A DNA stretch of 63,985 nt, the filler included, from Neoconidiobolus thromboides FSU 785 (taxonomy: Eukaryota > Fungi > Entomophthoromycota), in assembly GCA_025603075.1 (NCBI GenBank). It is 6 parts of 6 records of this genome, joined end to end, with 100 filler letters (N's around TTAATTAATTAA, not from the genome) between each part and the next. Parts side by side here need not be neighbours in the genome. Positions count along the whole stretch, not along the records: positions 1 to 2,577 come from MU626847.1; positions 2,678 to 32,227 come from MU626490.1; 4 more parts are not named here. One strand, written 5' to 3'. The translations under genes and the position numbers were made by a program. Shown here piece by piece: positions 1 through 13,579 of the stretch (its first letter is position 1; each line of letters starts with the position of its first letter). The notes under the pieces are model-generated. The model worked only from the letters and a program-made list of their open reading frames with translations. It was not told the DNA's origin and searched no databases.

Positions 1-146
1 TGTCTTATATAGCTTGTAACCTATTACGTGCTATTCCTCATAATCCAAGTCTATCTTAGTCACATAAACTAGGACTTTTCGACTTACAGCTAGTCAACCA
101 AGAAAGAATTACTTTTGACTCCAACTACTGAGTATCAGATTTCACA
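1..146 (-). mobile_element. Family B (~460 bp TG..CA element, probable solo LTR), 5' part, truncated by window start
   Basis: Reverse complement matches the first ~150 bp of copies at 34187 and 6660; ends in ATTTCACA. Confidence 0.75.
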
Positions 147-804
147 ATTTAAAAAAATGCTAGATGTTAAAAATTGAGCTTTTAATAATAAATTAGATAT
201 CAAAACTTTTTTTTAATATATACTGCTATTGTAGCTTTAATAATATTAATATTTTACAACATTTTTGATAAAAATAAATAATAATATTAAACTAATTTTT
301 AAAATATTATTGCAACTTTTATTCTTTATTCTTTATTTTTTATTTTTTAAGTGCTATTAAATAAAAAAACTACTAATGAAATTATTAAACAAAAAATACA
401 TCTTTATATATATAATTTTATTATAATATTATCTAAATATTGCTTTGGTTATTTAAATTGTTTAATAATAATGCTATAATTATACCATTAAATTTTAGTT
501 TAGTTTCATATTTGTTTAAAATTACATATTTAAATAAGAACTTTTTTAATAAGGACTTTTTTATTTTTACTTTATTTTTTAAGTTGAAAAAATTTTAAAG
601 CTTTAAAAACTTTTTTAGTATACAAGTGTGTTCTTTTGATTTTATCACTTTCTTTATCTTTTAAGCATTATTTAAGCAGAAAAACTTTTATTAAAACCCT
701 TAAACAAAAAAATATTTAAATACACCATAAAACGTTAATATTTTTTACTTTAAAATGTATGTAGTATCTTTGAACTAAAACGTATATTATTAACTTAAAT
801 AAAT

Positions 805-900
805 GAGGATGTTTTTTTTGATTTCGTTGCTTTTCCATCTTTAAACGCTATTTGAGTGGAAAGATTGTTAGTAGAATCTTTAAACAAAAAATACATCTCC
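805..900. mobile_element. Family A ~97 bp MITE
   Basis: GAGGATG...CATCTCC ends, shared core (ttttccatc..cgctatttgagtgg), AAAT on both flanks. Confidence 0.8.
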
Positions 901-1431
901 AAATACAAAAGTTATTTATGAAGTTATATTTTAATTAAAAATATTTTAAATAAAATAGTGCTATTTATATAAGTTAATTTAAATAGTATATTTTTAACTA
1001 AAACAATACAATTCTAGAAATAACAACCTTTATATTTATAATAAGTCTGCATTATAATATCAAAATTACATTTATAAATAAGCTGATTATAAATAATTTA
1101 GTTTAGAAATAAAAATTTTAAAATAAAAAATATTAACACTTTATATGATTATATTAAGCTAAAAGTTCTACTAGTCAATTTAATAATTAGTTAATTAAAT
1201 TACCATAGATTTAAATTTTATAAATGATATAAATCTGAAATTACAAAATTAATTTTTTTTAAAATCTTAATAAGAAAAATAAAAAAATCTATAAATTATT
1301 CTGTTTTAACTTTTTTAAAATTTTGCTACGTTTTGTACTTGTTTGTTTTTAATAAAACTTATTTTTTATTTAACTTTTTGACATAAAAACGAATACTCAA
1401 TTATTTTTTCAACTTATTTTTTTATCATTTA

Positions 1432-1520
1432 GGGATGTACTTTTTTGTTTAAGTTTACTAACAATTTTTCCACTTAAATAGCACCTAAATGAAAAAAGTG
1501 ATGAGACCAAAGAGCAATCC
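1432..1520. mobile_element. Family A MITE, degenerate (another decayed copy at ~618-722)
   Basis: gggatgtactttttt..actaacaatttttccacttaaatagc..gaaaaaagtgatga matches the family core in reverse orientation. Confidence 0.65.
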
Positions 1521-2196
1521 TATATAAATTTATTAAAAAAAATTGCAGTTAATCAATTTGATTTTATATTTAGAGACTTTTTGCCTCTTATTTCTTTTCC
1601 TGAACCTTCAAGCACTTAAGATCAACACTTTCAACTTAATAAGCTTACACTCAGAGGCTAATTATATTCTTACTACCCTTTCACTTTTATATTAGCTATT
1701 ACACTTGATATAAATAAAGTATCTCATGATAGATTAGAAAGTATTTGAAATTCAACATAGGTAAAAACTATGTTAAGCCATCAATAAAGTACTTTTAAAA
1801 ATATTTAAAGGTTTAACATTTTTAAATCTAAATTCATTTATATTTTTAACCCTGTATAGGTGTAATTAAATTTGTACTGAAGTTTTTGTGCAAATTTCAG
1901 CAGAGTTACAATTCTGATATGTAGAGTTAGGTTAGGTTTTATTAAAATAAAATACTCAGCATAGAATAAGCTAGACAGCTGCATTTAAGAAGTGACCATC
2001 CCCTTTCTTTAAAATGTACATTATATCATTCTGGATTAGAATTGTAATCTCTACTGGAACCCACCCAAAACCTCAGCATAAATTTAACTACCTATGTTTT
2101 TATTTTTTCATAATTTTAAATATTATAAGTGATTTATTAGTTAACATTTAGCTGAGCTCCTATTTTAATGATTATCGAAAGTCATCATTATTATAT

Positions 2197-2291
2197 GGGA
2201 GTGTTTTTTTGACTTCATTATTTTTTCCATTTTTAAGCACTATTTAAGGGAAAAAATTGTTAGTAAAATTCTTAAACAAAAATACATCCTC
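2197..2291. mobile_element. Family A MITE
   Basis: ATAT|GGGAGTG...CATCCTC|ATAT. Confidence 0.85.
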
Positions 2292-2372
2292 ATATTTAAA
2301 TTATAACATTAAAGCCAAAATTTATTCGATCAATAGAGAATAATTTAAATGATATACAGTTAAAATTTATTT

Positions 2373-2577
2373 TAATGTCCAGTTTGTGAGCCAACGCTAG
2401 TACTGGTGGTAATAGAATTTATCTCGTTTTGAGCTTCATTCCCTAATGATTCACTTTCACTTTCGATAAACCAGGGCAAGACTTTAAATCCTTTTTTGAA
2501 GGTAAAGCTACCTTACTAGCGAATCCTTCAAAATCACATTGGGCTCCTCTATTCACTGCATTTTGCATAATAACAGA
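2373..2577 (-). pseudogene. Truncated coding-like fragment resembling an X8/CBM43 Cys motif (QCDFEGFA..SC) with S/T-rich tail
   Basis: Manual translation SVIMQNAVNRGAQCDFEGFASKV..KSCP; the tail continues only after a frameshift; cut by gap. Confidence 0.3.
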
Positions 2578-2677
2578 NNNNNNNNNNNNNNNNNNNNNNN
2601 NNNNNNNNNNNNNNNNNNNNNTTAATTAATTAANNNNNNNNNNNNNNNNNNNNNNNNNNNNNNNNNNNNNNNNNNNN
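2578..2677. other. Artificial contig spacer (N44-TTAATTAATTAA-N44); same at 32228-32327, 57947-58046, 59511-59610, 62858-62957
   Basis: Identical 100-nt layout at all five gaps, with stops in all six frames. Confidence 0.97.
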
Positions 2678-4136
2678 TCTTTAAACCAAATAGTATGTTC
2701 TGTTTAATAGTAGTACCAAACAAACATGGTTCTTGACCTACTAAACCAACATGTTCTTTTAAGAATTTATTTGAGATTTTAGATATATCTATTCCATCTA
2801 ACAAAACTCTTCCAGATGTTGGTGCATAGAACCTTTCTATCAATCCAACACATGTACTTTTACCACTACCAGAATGACCAACTAAAGCAACAGTTTGTCC
2901 TTTTGATGCTTCAAAAGTAATACCTTTAAGGATCTGAACATCTGGCCTAGATGGATAACTGAATTGTACATTTTCAAATGTTATGTTTCCCTTAACTGAT
3001 GATATTTTAGATTGATTTTTTAAGTGCTCATCTGTTATTAAAAATGGATCAATGCTTGACTCCCTTTCAATGACTTCAAATAATTTAGCAGCAGCACCTT
3101 GTGCTGTAGCAATTGCACTAATATAAGGAGAAGCCATACCCAATACCATGGAACCAGTTAGCACATTAAAGAATACTGTTAACACATCACCGGCCTCCTG
3201 CTCCTTGTCATAAATTAATTTACCACCATACCACATAGCTAAAGCGTAACTTGAAAACGTTATAAGCAAAAAGATGCCATTACCTAATCCTGCAAAAAAG
3301 GCCTTACGAAAGCCACTTTTACGAGCTATCTGTAATTTGTTTTCGTATCTAAGTTGTTCCTTTTCCTGAGTGTTAAATGAATAGATTGTTTTTATAGCAG
3401 ATAACACTTCTTCGGCTATTGATCCTGCTTCACCATATACCCCTTGTCCGCCTTTAGAAGAATGCGCCACCGTTTTACCTATTAACATACCAGAAAATAT
3501 TACCAGCGGTACTGAAGTTAACATTACTAAAGTTAATTTCCATCCTTTCATAAAGGCTATAACAAAAGCACCAATAAAACATGTGATATTTTGTATAAGG
3601 ATCCCGACTTTGTCGGACATGCCATCTTGTACCATATTAATATCACCAGCTATGCGTGAAGCAATGTCGCCTGAGGAGATAGAATCAAACCAACCCATTT
3701 CCTGGCTTAAAACTGAACGATAATATTTATTCCTAATCCTCACAGCTTGACTTTCACCGACCATTAACCAAAGTGACAGCTGTAAGTAAGCAGCAATTGC
3801 TGTGACACTTCCAGCTACAACAAACATAATACATAAGAAGTTAATTTTGCCTTTCAATGTTGCATCAGCAAGATCTGGGTTGATGGGATAATTTTTTTGA
3901 TAATCACCAAAAAAGCCGATAATTTGAGAAAATAATAAAAATAAGAAAGGTTGAGATAGACCATTGATAATAGAAGCTAATATGGCTAAACCGATTATTA
4001 CTTTATCATTTTTTGTAGCAAATTTAAACAGTTTAACCAATGGTACATTTGGAGTTTTTTCATTTTTCTCTTCTAACTCAATGTTCTTTTCATTGACTTT
4101 ATTTTCATTCTCCTTCTTTTTCTTAGTTCTAAACAT
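2678..4136 (-). CDS. ABCB1/MDR-type ABC transporter, N-terminal TMD1 + part of NBD1, 3'-truncated by gap (paralog 1)
   Basis: Intronless ORF; QEMGWFD, Walker A GHSGSGKST, Q-loop VGQEP. Confidence 0.95.
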
Positions 4137-4293
4137 GTTTATTAATTAAATTTGATGTTCTAAAATAAAATTTTCAGTTGTTTTTATACACTCATTTTAG
4201 TTATTAAATATAATGAATAGTTTAATATATCTAATACTTTTATTTAAAATAAAGCCGTTATTATACTAAGTAGAAGTGCGTGACTTCTAAGTC

Positions 4294-4312
4294 CCGAAAG
4301 GCATTATCCGAG
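4294..4312 (-). promoter_or_regulatory. Conserved CTCGGATAATGCCTTTCGG element (CGG-N11-CGG) upstream of ABCB1 paralog 1
   Basis: 19/19 identical to 30353-30371, at a similar distance (~155-175 nt) from ATG, in otherwise diverged promoters. Confidence 0.65.
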
Positions 4313-5659
4313 AGCCAAAGTTAATCGAGGGTTCTTACCTAACATTTCTACTATTTCATTTTGAACTTTTAGCCAATAAAGAGCTATCCCTATAAGAATT
4401 TTTCATTATTCTTTTGGTTACTTTTGTATACATGATAAATAAAATTACGTAATAAATGGTAGAAAAGTCTTCCTTGTCCTTTAAAAGCAACTTATTATCA
4501 ATAAAATATTGAAAATGACATATAACAGCCTTATATGGCATTTTTACCTTATTGAACTATGCCGAATAGTATGCTAAATAATTTCAGCATATATAAATCG
4601 TTGTTTTGTTTAAAAAACTATTACTTGTTTAGATCAAAGTATTAAATATTATTTACCAACACTCTAATGTTGGAATTAGATAATTTCATGGTTTCTTCTT
4701 TCTATTATTTTACTTTGTAGGAATCTTTTATATTAAAGTTCATTTCTTTACTAAATTTTAGGATTTTATTAATTTATGAGAATTTCATGTAATTTTAATT
4801 TACTTATATTACCCCTGAAGATATATGTAACATCATTTAATATAACTAAAAATAAGGAAGTGGATAGAAGATATATAATATAAAATTAAAACAAACCTTC
4901 CAAAGCTATATATTTTAAAGGATAAGCACATATATTATTATTTGTCTTATAAATATTCAGAAATACTAATATTTCTAGCACACAAACATTAAACTATTAT
5001 TTGTCTGTTAACTTGGAATGCTTTGAGGTTCCTAAAATTAGTAATTTCTTAAATTTCAGCTTTTATAAATTAGTTGCATAGAAAACAACTTTATTTTTAG
5101 TTCTTAAACTTTAATCACACTTTTATTTTCTTTTATTTTGTTAATATATATATATATGTAATAAATACCATGTTTTTTTATTTATGAGTAGTAACCTTAA
5201 TATGCTGTTTTTTAGCTTAATTTTTATATAGCTCAAACAATAATGCTTGTTAGCGCTTTAAACAATGGATAAACTAGATTTTGGGAAAATCTAAATATAG
5301 TTATAGCCTCATAGTTATGGCAGACCGATCAGTTAGAGGGTAGGAAATTAAGAATTTGATAAATCTAATTTGTTTTGATTTAAAGAATAAAATCCTTTTT
5401 GCTAATGTTAGGATTAGTGCTAGGGATGGCTAGGGGTAGAGTTTGATAGTTTTCTATGGCTACATGTTAACAAATCGATATTTGTTTTTTTACTCGTCAA
5501 TCATTATCAAAAAAGACCATATGATTGGTCAAAATGATTCTATATTAACTTTAGCCAAAGCCAATAACTTCGTTTAGACCAACTTTTAAATTTTATTAAT
5601 TGAATCGAAAACAAATAAATGGAATTCAAAATTATATAATTGGGCAAATTTAAAAGCTT

Positions 5660-5998
5660 TGTGAAATCTGGTATTCAGTGGTTGGTCAAAAGCAGTTCTT
5701 GCTTGGTTGACTAGCTGTAAGTCAAAAGGTCTGAGCTTATGTGACTAAGATAGACCTGAATTATGAAGAATAGTACGTAATATGCTACATACTATCTAAG
5801 ACAATAGAATAGATAACACTACTGTAAAACCTATGTAAAATAATATTAGGAAAATTTAATGGGTTTACTAAAAGTAAAATATATCAGGGAATAGTTCAAG
5901 TCTACCTTAGTCACATAAGCTCAGACCTTTTGACCTACACCTAGTCAACCAAGCAAGAACTGCTTTTGACCAACCACTGAGTACTACTAGATTTTATA
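5660..5998. mobile_element. Family B fold-back derivative with ~100 bp inverted arms (5660-5760 / 5895-5998)
   Basis: First ~235 bp follow family B, then the sequence switches to the reverse complement of its own 5' end. Confidence 0.85.
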
Positions 5999-6371
5999 AC
6001 TTTTATTAAGATAAGAACAAAATAGAAGCTTTTATAATTAAACTAAAATAACTATCTATAATAACCTAAAATTTTGTAATAAAACAAAGATTATTAGAAT
6101 TTATTAATAATAATGAATTTAGCTAAATAATATATAAAGTTAGTGCTCTAAAAGAAATAAGAAATAAGAAACAATAAGCAAAAACCAGCAAGTAACATTA
6201 TTTTGAGCTATAATTTTAATATTTTTTTTAGTAAATATAAAAGTTTTAGATTTAATATAAATGGAAATCAATATAATTATTTAAAAAGAACTAATGATAG
6301 GATATTAGTATCATAAATTATTATTAAAAACTTATAAGAAATTAAAAACAAGCAAATCAAAATTACCATAT

Positions 6372-6469
6372 GGAAATGTACTTTCTGTATAAGAATTTTA
6401 CTAATAATTTTTCCACTCAAATAGCGCTTAAAAGATAGAAAAAATAATGAAGTAAAAAAAAACACCCCC
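6372..6469. mobile_element. Family A MITE
   Basis: ATAT|GGAAATG...CACCCCC|ATAT. Confidence 0.85.
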
Positions 6470-6659
6470 ATATGTAAGAAAATGTTTAATTTAATATTTA
6501 AAGAGCTTTTATTTAAAAAGTTTATAAAAATTAATATATAGGCAAATACAGGAAATTATTTTAAATTTTAAAAGTCTTTATATTATATATTTAAAAAAAT
6601 CCTTTATAATAGGAAAGCAATTTTAAAACATTAATTTGATTATTATTAATAGGAAAAAG

Positions 6660-7119
6660 TGTAAACTTGGTACTTAGTGGTTGCAATCAAAAACAGTTCT
6701 TGCTTGGTTGACTAGATGTAAGTCAAGAAGCCTGAGCTTATGTGACTAAGATAGATTTGAATTACGAAGAATAGTACGTAATATGTTACAGACTATGTAA
6801 GACAAATAGAATAGATAATAGTGTTTTAAAATCTACATAAAATATTACGAGAAAGATTTAGTGACTTTATTAAAGGTACAGTATTAAGGAATAGCTTAAT
6901 GAAAAGTCTCGAGTTACTATGTTCTAAAATCTCTTTTATACTCCAACAAGTATGGATATCAAAACGGGGAGATAATGTTCTTCGGAATCCATGACAGAAA
7001 TTTTCATAGCAAATCAAAATAAGAGCTTGGGATTGATTGTCCTTAAACTTGAGAACACAATGGTTTAGATGATTATTATATTATAATCAATCATAGAGCC
7101 AACAAAGCGATATTTCATA
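6660..7119 (+). mobile_element. Family B full-length copy (probable solo LTR)
   Basis: Collinear with 34187-34649 along its length; ends GCGATATTTCATA. Confidence 0.75.
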
Positions 7120-7485
7120 TAGTAAATAAAAATATTATCATGTTGGTTATATTATATAAAAGTAATTGATTCTAGTTTTGGGAATAACCACTCCCTCCCA
7201 TATAGCTGTTTATTAGCTTAGTAATATATTAATGATGTAATTATAACATTAAAATTATTTATTTGTTTGATAGCAAATCTGCAACGTTGGGTATAGAGCA
7301 GTTAATAATAAATATTTCTCAATGAAGTTTTATAAAAATATATATCTATTTATATACTATGACTTTGATCAATACTAATATATAGACTATGTTAGCAAAA
7401 GCCATGATGATTTGGAAACTTATATTGAACTTAGTAGAAATTCCTCTAACAATATAAATTATAATAAAATATTTAAAACTGTGTT

Positions 7486-7584
7486 GGGGGTACTTTTGCT
7501 TTTCAATAAAGAATTTTAAGCAAAGTTTTTACTATAAAATATTTAGAAATTGACTAAAAAAACGAAACCAATTTGAACATCCCC
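7486..7584. mobile_element. Family A MITE, highly degenerate, next to tRNA-Ile
   Basis: GGGGGTACTTTT...AACATCCCC ends ~98 bp apart. Confidence 0.45.
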
Positions 7585-7658
7585 ATACAAAAATTGTTTT
7601 ATTTATTAAATAGTAATGGTAATCAACTTTCAAAAAAAGAATTAGTTTAAAATTAAAA

Positions 7659-7731
7659 TGCTCCGTATAGGGCTTGAACCTATGACCTTAGCGTTATTAG
7701 CACCACGCTCTGCCAACTGAGCTAACGGAGC
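7659..7731 (-). tRNA. tRNA-Ile (AAT)
   Basis: Cloverleaf GCTCCGT..ACGGAGC, D-arm GCTC/GAGC, anticodon loop CT-AAT-AA, T-loop TTCAAGC. Confidence 0.95.
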
Positions 7732-9115
7732 CTAGAAGATTAGTTACAATTACTAATTAAAACAGATAAATAAATCTAGTTTATATGATCTCTAAATGTT
7801 CTTTAATTAGGATAAATTATTTATAATAATTTTGTGAATTAATAGTTTATTGTGTTGAAGAATGGAATTGCTAATATTTGAAAATTGGAAAAACTTAAAA
7901 TCAATAAAGTTGGGATAAAAACTTTTTAATGTGACTTTAGACTAACCAAATTAGTGTGCGTCGGGAGAATGGAACAATTAATTCTAAAAATTGAAGGAGT
8001 TGAAAATCACAGTTAAGTTTAGGATAAATTGAGATCTATCGGTGATGAAGTTAGGTGGATGGAAAAGATAATTTTTGGGAAGAGATGATAATGTATATTC
8101 TTGATAAAAGTTAAATTAGAATAGTTAAGGTTATTAATAAACAATAATAATAACAAAATTAAGGGTTTGATTTTTTGTTAATTTAATTTATTTATAATAA
8201 TGGCTTTTAAACCAAATTAATTAGTAGTGAGCTTTAACTCATATTTATAAAATTTAGAGTGCCATTAAAGCAAAAATATCCACTTTTTTTGCACTATTAA
8301 TGAATTTCAACCTCTATTTTAATTTTACACGACCTATTTTAAGGCCATTTTAGATAATAGTGGTTCATTAACTTTATGTGATTTTTTTGGGTTTTCTAGA
8401 TAATGAACAAATGAGCAATAAATAAATGAGTTTTTTAATATGGAATAAAATCAATATGAATAAGATGAATAGTCACAACCTTCTATCGAAATACGATATT
8501 TAAAAACTATTGAGTGATTTAATAATGAGTCAAATTGCAACCTTTTAGTCATCTGTAAATTGTAGTTTAATTAATAATTAACAAAATCCAGTATCATAAA
8601 TAAATCAAAAAAATTATTAATGAAGAAACTTTATTTAGATAGTTTTAAATATATTATTACTTGATATAATTTTAGTAGTTAGAATTTAAAAATGTGTTTA
8701 AAAAGATGTTAGAAATAACGTCAAATTGAATTTTAACCACTTATTCAAGAAATTTTGAAAATATTTAGCATAAATTTATAACTGGTATAATTAATATATT
8801 TGAAAATAATGATAGTGTTAGAACCATAAAAAGTAATCTTACTTATTTAATTGGTAAACTTCAAGTTGATCTTTAAACTAAATAATTGATAATATTTATT
8901 ATTATAAATTATTAGATAATAAATAAATAGAAAGTATAAATATCAACAATATTGACAATTAATTTTAAATTTTAAACTTTCATCTTTGTTATTTAATTTT
9001 GTTATTATTATTATTATTATTACCTCTTGTTCATATCTATTTTCATAATTATTATTTCAACATTTATAAATAAACAAACAAACAAATAAATAATAACTTT
9101 CATATAATAGCAAAA

Positions 9116-9850
9116 ATGAATTTATTCACTATAAAATCTCACTCTAATATATCAACTACAGTCTCACATACTAGTATGAGTGCTCAAAATCATTTAAATT
9201 ATATCTTCAATTTTGCTAACAAATTAAAGAAGCGTAATAGTATTTCTCAACTTAGTGAAAAGGAAATTGAAGTATATTCGACTTCCTCGCCAACTTTGGA
9301 GGATTCAACTACTTTAATGACAATTCAATCTTATAACTCCACATTAGAACCAGAAGATGTACTTCCTTTATATCAATGTAGTTTAAATAAAGAAGGTATT
9401 GTGTTATTAAAATGGGAAAAAATTCAATCGAAAAAAATGAATAAACATTGGAATACAACTAATTTAAAAGTAACTGGGACTTTAATTACTTCTCAATGGA
9501 TACCTACTAAGTCTTGGTTAACTGGAATTTTTAAAAATAATAAAAATTCAAAACAAGATAAGGTTAATGATGATACTCCAGTGCCTCAAAATAAACCTTC
9601 TTATATACAGAAGTGGGATGTAGAGGGTATGAAAGTTATTGCTGCACCTGATGTTAATGATCGAATGACTTTTAGAGTAGTATTTAAAAATGGGGATTGT
9701 TGTTTAATTCGTGCTAACAAATTAAAGGAAGCTCAAGCTTGGGTTGATACTTTACAATCTTCGGCCAATATTGCTGATGATTTGGACCTTAGGATTTCTC
9801 CCGTATTTTATACATTACCTAGATCAAGGGTTAGGTATAGAGGTTTATAG
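9116..9850 (+). CDS. PH-domain protein (yeast YHR131C/YNL144C-like)
   Basis: 244 aa ORF; LPLYxCSL..EG..LLKWE and WVDTLQSSANIADDLDLR..TLPR motifs. Confidence 0.75.
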   Translation: MNLFTIKSHSNISTTVSHTSMSAQNHLNYIFNFANKLKKRNSISQLSEKEIEVYSTSSPTLEDSTTLMTIQSYNSTLEPEDVLPLYQCSLNKEGIVLLKWEKIQSKKMNKHWNTTNLKVTGTLITSQWIPTKSWLTGIFKNNKNSKQDKVNDDTPVPQNKPSYIQKWDVEGMKVIAAPDVNDRMTFRVVFKNGDCCLIRANKLKEAQAWVDTLQSSANIADDLDLRISPVFYTLPRSRVRYRGL

Positions 9851-10280
9851 CTATATATATAGTATTTCTATTCTCTTTTTTTGTATTATAAAAGTTAGTT
9901 AATAAATTATATATTTGATTTATTTTAATATTTTCTACTTTTTTTATAATGTAATTTAAAATCACTAATGATATTTAATTATTCATTTATTCTATAAGCT
10001 TTATCATTTTATTACAATAAAAATAAATGAGTTATTATAAATAAAAGTAAATTATAATTAAAACTTATCTCAATTATTATTTAAAAATTATTGCTACTAA
10101 CCATTTTATTTAATTTGTGTAACTAATGAATAATTTTATTATAAAATAAAATAAAAATAAAAAAGCTATATATAAATAAAAGCGAACTACAAGATGATAA
10201 ACGAATTCAATCTTTAAACATCTACAAACTCATCATAACTTTGAGAAGTTTCTCTTTCTCTTTTATCATTTAATTTAAGT

Positions 10281-10876
10281 TTAATCTTTGTATTTTCTTT
10301 CATTTTCCTTGGACTATTACTAAACATTACGTTATTAATCTTTTTTTCCATTTTAACTTTTTCCTTATCCAACCGACTCTAAAAAAATCAATATCTTTAG
10401 TTTCTTTTCAAAAGTTCTTTTTTTTACTTCTTTACTTACCTCTAAATCTGTTGCCCCAGATAACGTAAATATTCTATCTTCCAATTCAATCCCATTTTTC
10501 TGTTTTTTCAAATTATTAAACCCATTAAAAGTAGTAGTCGTTGAACTGGTTGGTTCTAATAAATATTGATCAAACCCTTTAATGACATTACCGCTGAATT
10601 TAGTATCTTCTAAATAACTTGTTTCTAATCCATAGATTTTATTCTCAATTTCTTCCTATAGAAAGATTATTGTTAGATTTATACAGTTTTATTTAAATTA
10701 GAATATGAAATTACCAATGAAAGCAGTATACGATTTTTATTTTTTATTAAATCATTTAATTCTTGTTCTTCTTTTTTAATCTCTTTGATAGCAAGCTATG
10801 AAATTTGTTTAGTTCATTGTTTAAAATATTAATATCGATATTAATATAAAATTACCTGTCTTTCTCTAGCTTCCAT
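10281..10876 (-). CDS. EAF6: NuA4 histone acetyltransferase subunit Eaf6 (4 exons)
   Basis: Manual splicing gives MEARERQLAIKE..IENKIYGLETSYLEDTKFSGNVIKGFDQYL..DRIFTLS; not in the ORF track because of introns. Confidence 0.85.
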
Positions 10877-11355
10877 TTACCTTAAAAATTTTAAAAAAAT
10901 AAAAAATAAAAAATTAAATCGTTGCTTAAAATGAAATTGATAATTATTGGTTAAATTAAGATTAAGCATAAGTCACTCATTTTATTTTGAGTATTAGATA
11001 AAAAGATATGTAATTATACTGTTGTTAAAGCTAAAATATTTTTAATAATTTACTACATTGAAATAAAGATAGCAATAAGATTTTAAAATAAGATTGATTT
11101 AAAGTAAGAATTTATTAAGCGACTTTGAATTAAGAATTATGCAACTATTTTATTTTGCTCACTTTTTATAGTATAAAAGTGAAAAATATTGTTACCCAAA
11201 GTGTTTTATAAAAAACAAGTACTAACTTTGAACTAAAAAAGATCCCAAAATTAAATCCAAAAAAAGTTAAAAAATCAAATTAAAAAAACTCAAAAAAAAA
11301 CTCGAAATTTAAAATTAACTTTATTTTCTACATATCAATCTCACCTTCAAGAAAG

Positions 11356-13498
11356 ATGCGATTAACCCCTTTATTATTGAAACCACAAGTATTTAGACAT
11401 TCAAGTAAACCCAGTAACTTACACTTTTTAATTGAACATAAAATAGTAAAAAAAAAGAAAAAAGAACGAATTAATCAATTAATTTCAACTAATAAAACTT
11501 TAATTAATTATTTTAAAAATAAAGAATATCCAAAATTAATTGAATATACATTAAATGAATCAAAAAGTATAAAGTCGAAAGGAAAAGAGAATTATTTATG
11601 TCAACAATTATCTGTTTATTGCTTATTTGCATTTTTGGGATATTTTAAAAAAGGGGAATGGAAATTAGCTGAAGAGATGTTACTAAAATTATATCCGAAA
11701 GAAAAATATACAGCACCAGATAAAATAGAATTAGATACTCAACTTGAAGAGATAATTGATATTGAGAAATATAAGCAAATACAAGCTATAATTGAGCATC
11801 CAGTATTATTTCGATTATGGGTAAATAAACAAGGATTCGTAAAAGAAGCAAATTATATTGTTTCAATATTAGAAAAAAATAATAGATCAGTTGAATGGGA
11901 TAAAAACTATTTGATTCAAAAATCAAATTATTATGTCAAAGAAAAAGAGTTTAAATTAGCTGCTAAATTGGTGGTGAAGTTATATAATCAATTTGAACAT
12001 TTAGATTCAGAATTACTGAGGATGCTGATTGTTAAATTAAGAATACTGGAATTTAAATTAGCATTTGAATTGACACAGATTGCTTTTAAAGAGGGAGTTA
12101 AAATTAATTTGAATATCATTAATAATATTTTATATAGATGTATTAGATTTTGTAGTGATAATGAAGATAATATAAATAATAATAATGTAACAATATTTTA
12201 TAAACATCCCTTAATAAATGATAATAGTAATCCACAATATAAAATTCAACTAAATGAAATTTATGATTTTATAATAAAATACGAATTTCAATTAAGTAAT
12301 AAACTGTTTGGATATTATATATTACGAAGCATACAATTAAACGGAGTTAATAAAGCTTATGAAGAATATGAGGAATTAATTCAACAACACAAGAATCTAA
12401 CTAAAGAAGATTTAACAATAATTAAAGGTCAATTAATTCATGGTTTATTACAACAGAGAGATCTCAATAGAGTCAATGAATTATTAACACAAATTAATAT
12501 TAATCCGATAATTCATAGTAAATTAGTTAATTATTTTATACAAAGTAAACAATACCATCAAGTAGTTTCAATTTATAACGAAAATTATCCATCACATAAT
12601 ATTATTAGTTATACTTTATTAATTAAATTAGCTTTAATTAACGAAGAAACCGAATTAGCTTTTCAATTGTTGGAGCAAATGAAGATGAATAATATAAAAT
12701 ACGATAAGACTGTTTTAAATTTATTAGTTAGTTATAGTTATAAAAAGAAAGACATTGATTTAATTAAAAGAGTTTTAATTTTATTTTATCAAGATTATTA
12801 TTATTTATTAAATATAAAAAGTATTAAATTATCCTTTTCAACTGCTATTTCAAATCATGATTGGGAATTTGCTTATCAGTTTGAAAATCAAATCCTTCAA
12901 AACAATAGTATTACTAACACTAATGACAATTCATCAACCCCATCCTCTAAAGCTATAACTACAACTACAACTGTTACTCCTACGAACAACATTGGTATTA
13001 ATAATCAATTACTAAGATTTTATATTTTAACTAAAAATGAGAATTTATTACCTTTTATAAATCAAGTAATTGATAATAAATTAATTAATAATAATACTTT
13101 CAATTGGATATTATTAGCTTATTTATCTTTGAATCAATATTCAAAAACTTGGGAATTTTATTGGGAATATTTAAAACAACAAATCAATGTAAATGTTAAT
13201 AATAACATTAGGAATAATAGTAGTATCACTAATGTAACTGATAAAAACTCATCACATAATGATCATTATCATTTATATGTTTATACTTTAAATTCTATGT
13301 TATATTATTCAATCAAATTAAAACAATGGGACCATATTCAACATTTAGTTAGTTATGCTAGATTGATTGGTTATTTAGGTAATAATAATAATAATAACAT
13401 AAATTAATATTAATCTTTTCATTATATTAGACAATGAACATCCTAACCCAACTACTAAAAATTTAATTCAAGGTTATTATACACTATTAAATAAATAA
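11356..13498 (+). CDS. Probable mitochondrial pentatricopeptide-repeat protein
   Basis: Basic targeting-like N-terminus; PPR-like NIISYTLLIK..AFQLLEQMKMNNIKYDKTVLNLLVSYS; last intron near 13380-13430. Confidence 0.65.
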
Positions 13499-13579
13499 TC
13501 TATCCTAATTAAATAATCTTATAAACGCCACGCAATTTTATTTCAATTCTATTTATTACATCCAGAGACATTCTCTTCT

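Noticed and set aside
1925-1940. ttaggttagg as a telomeric repeat
   Set aside because: Only two units, internal, no array.
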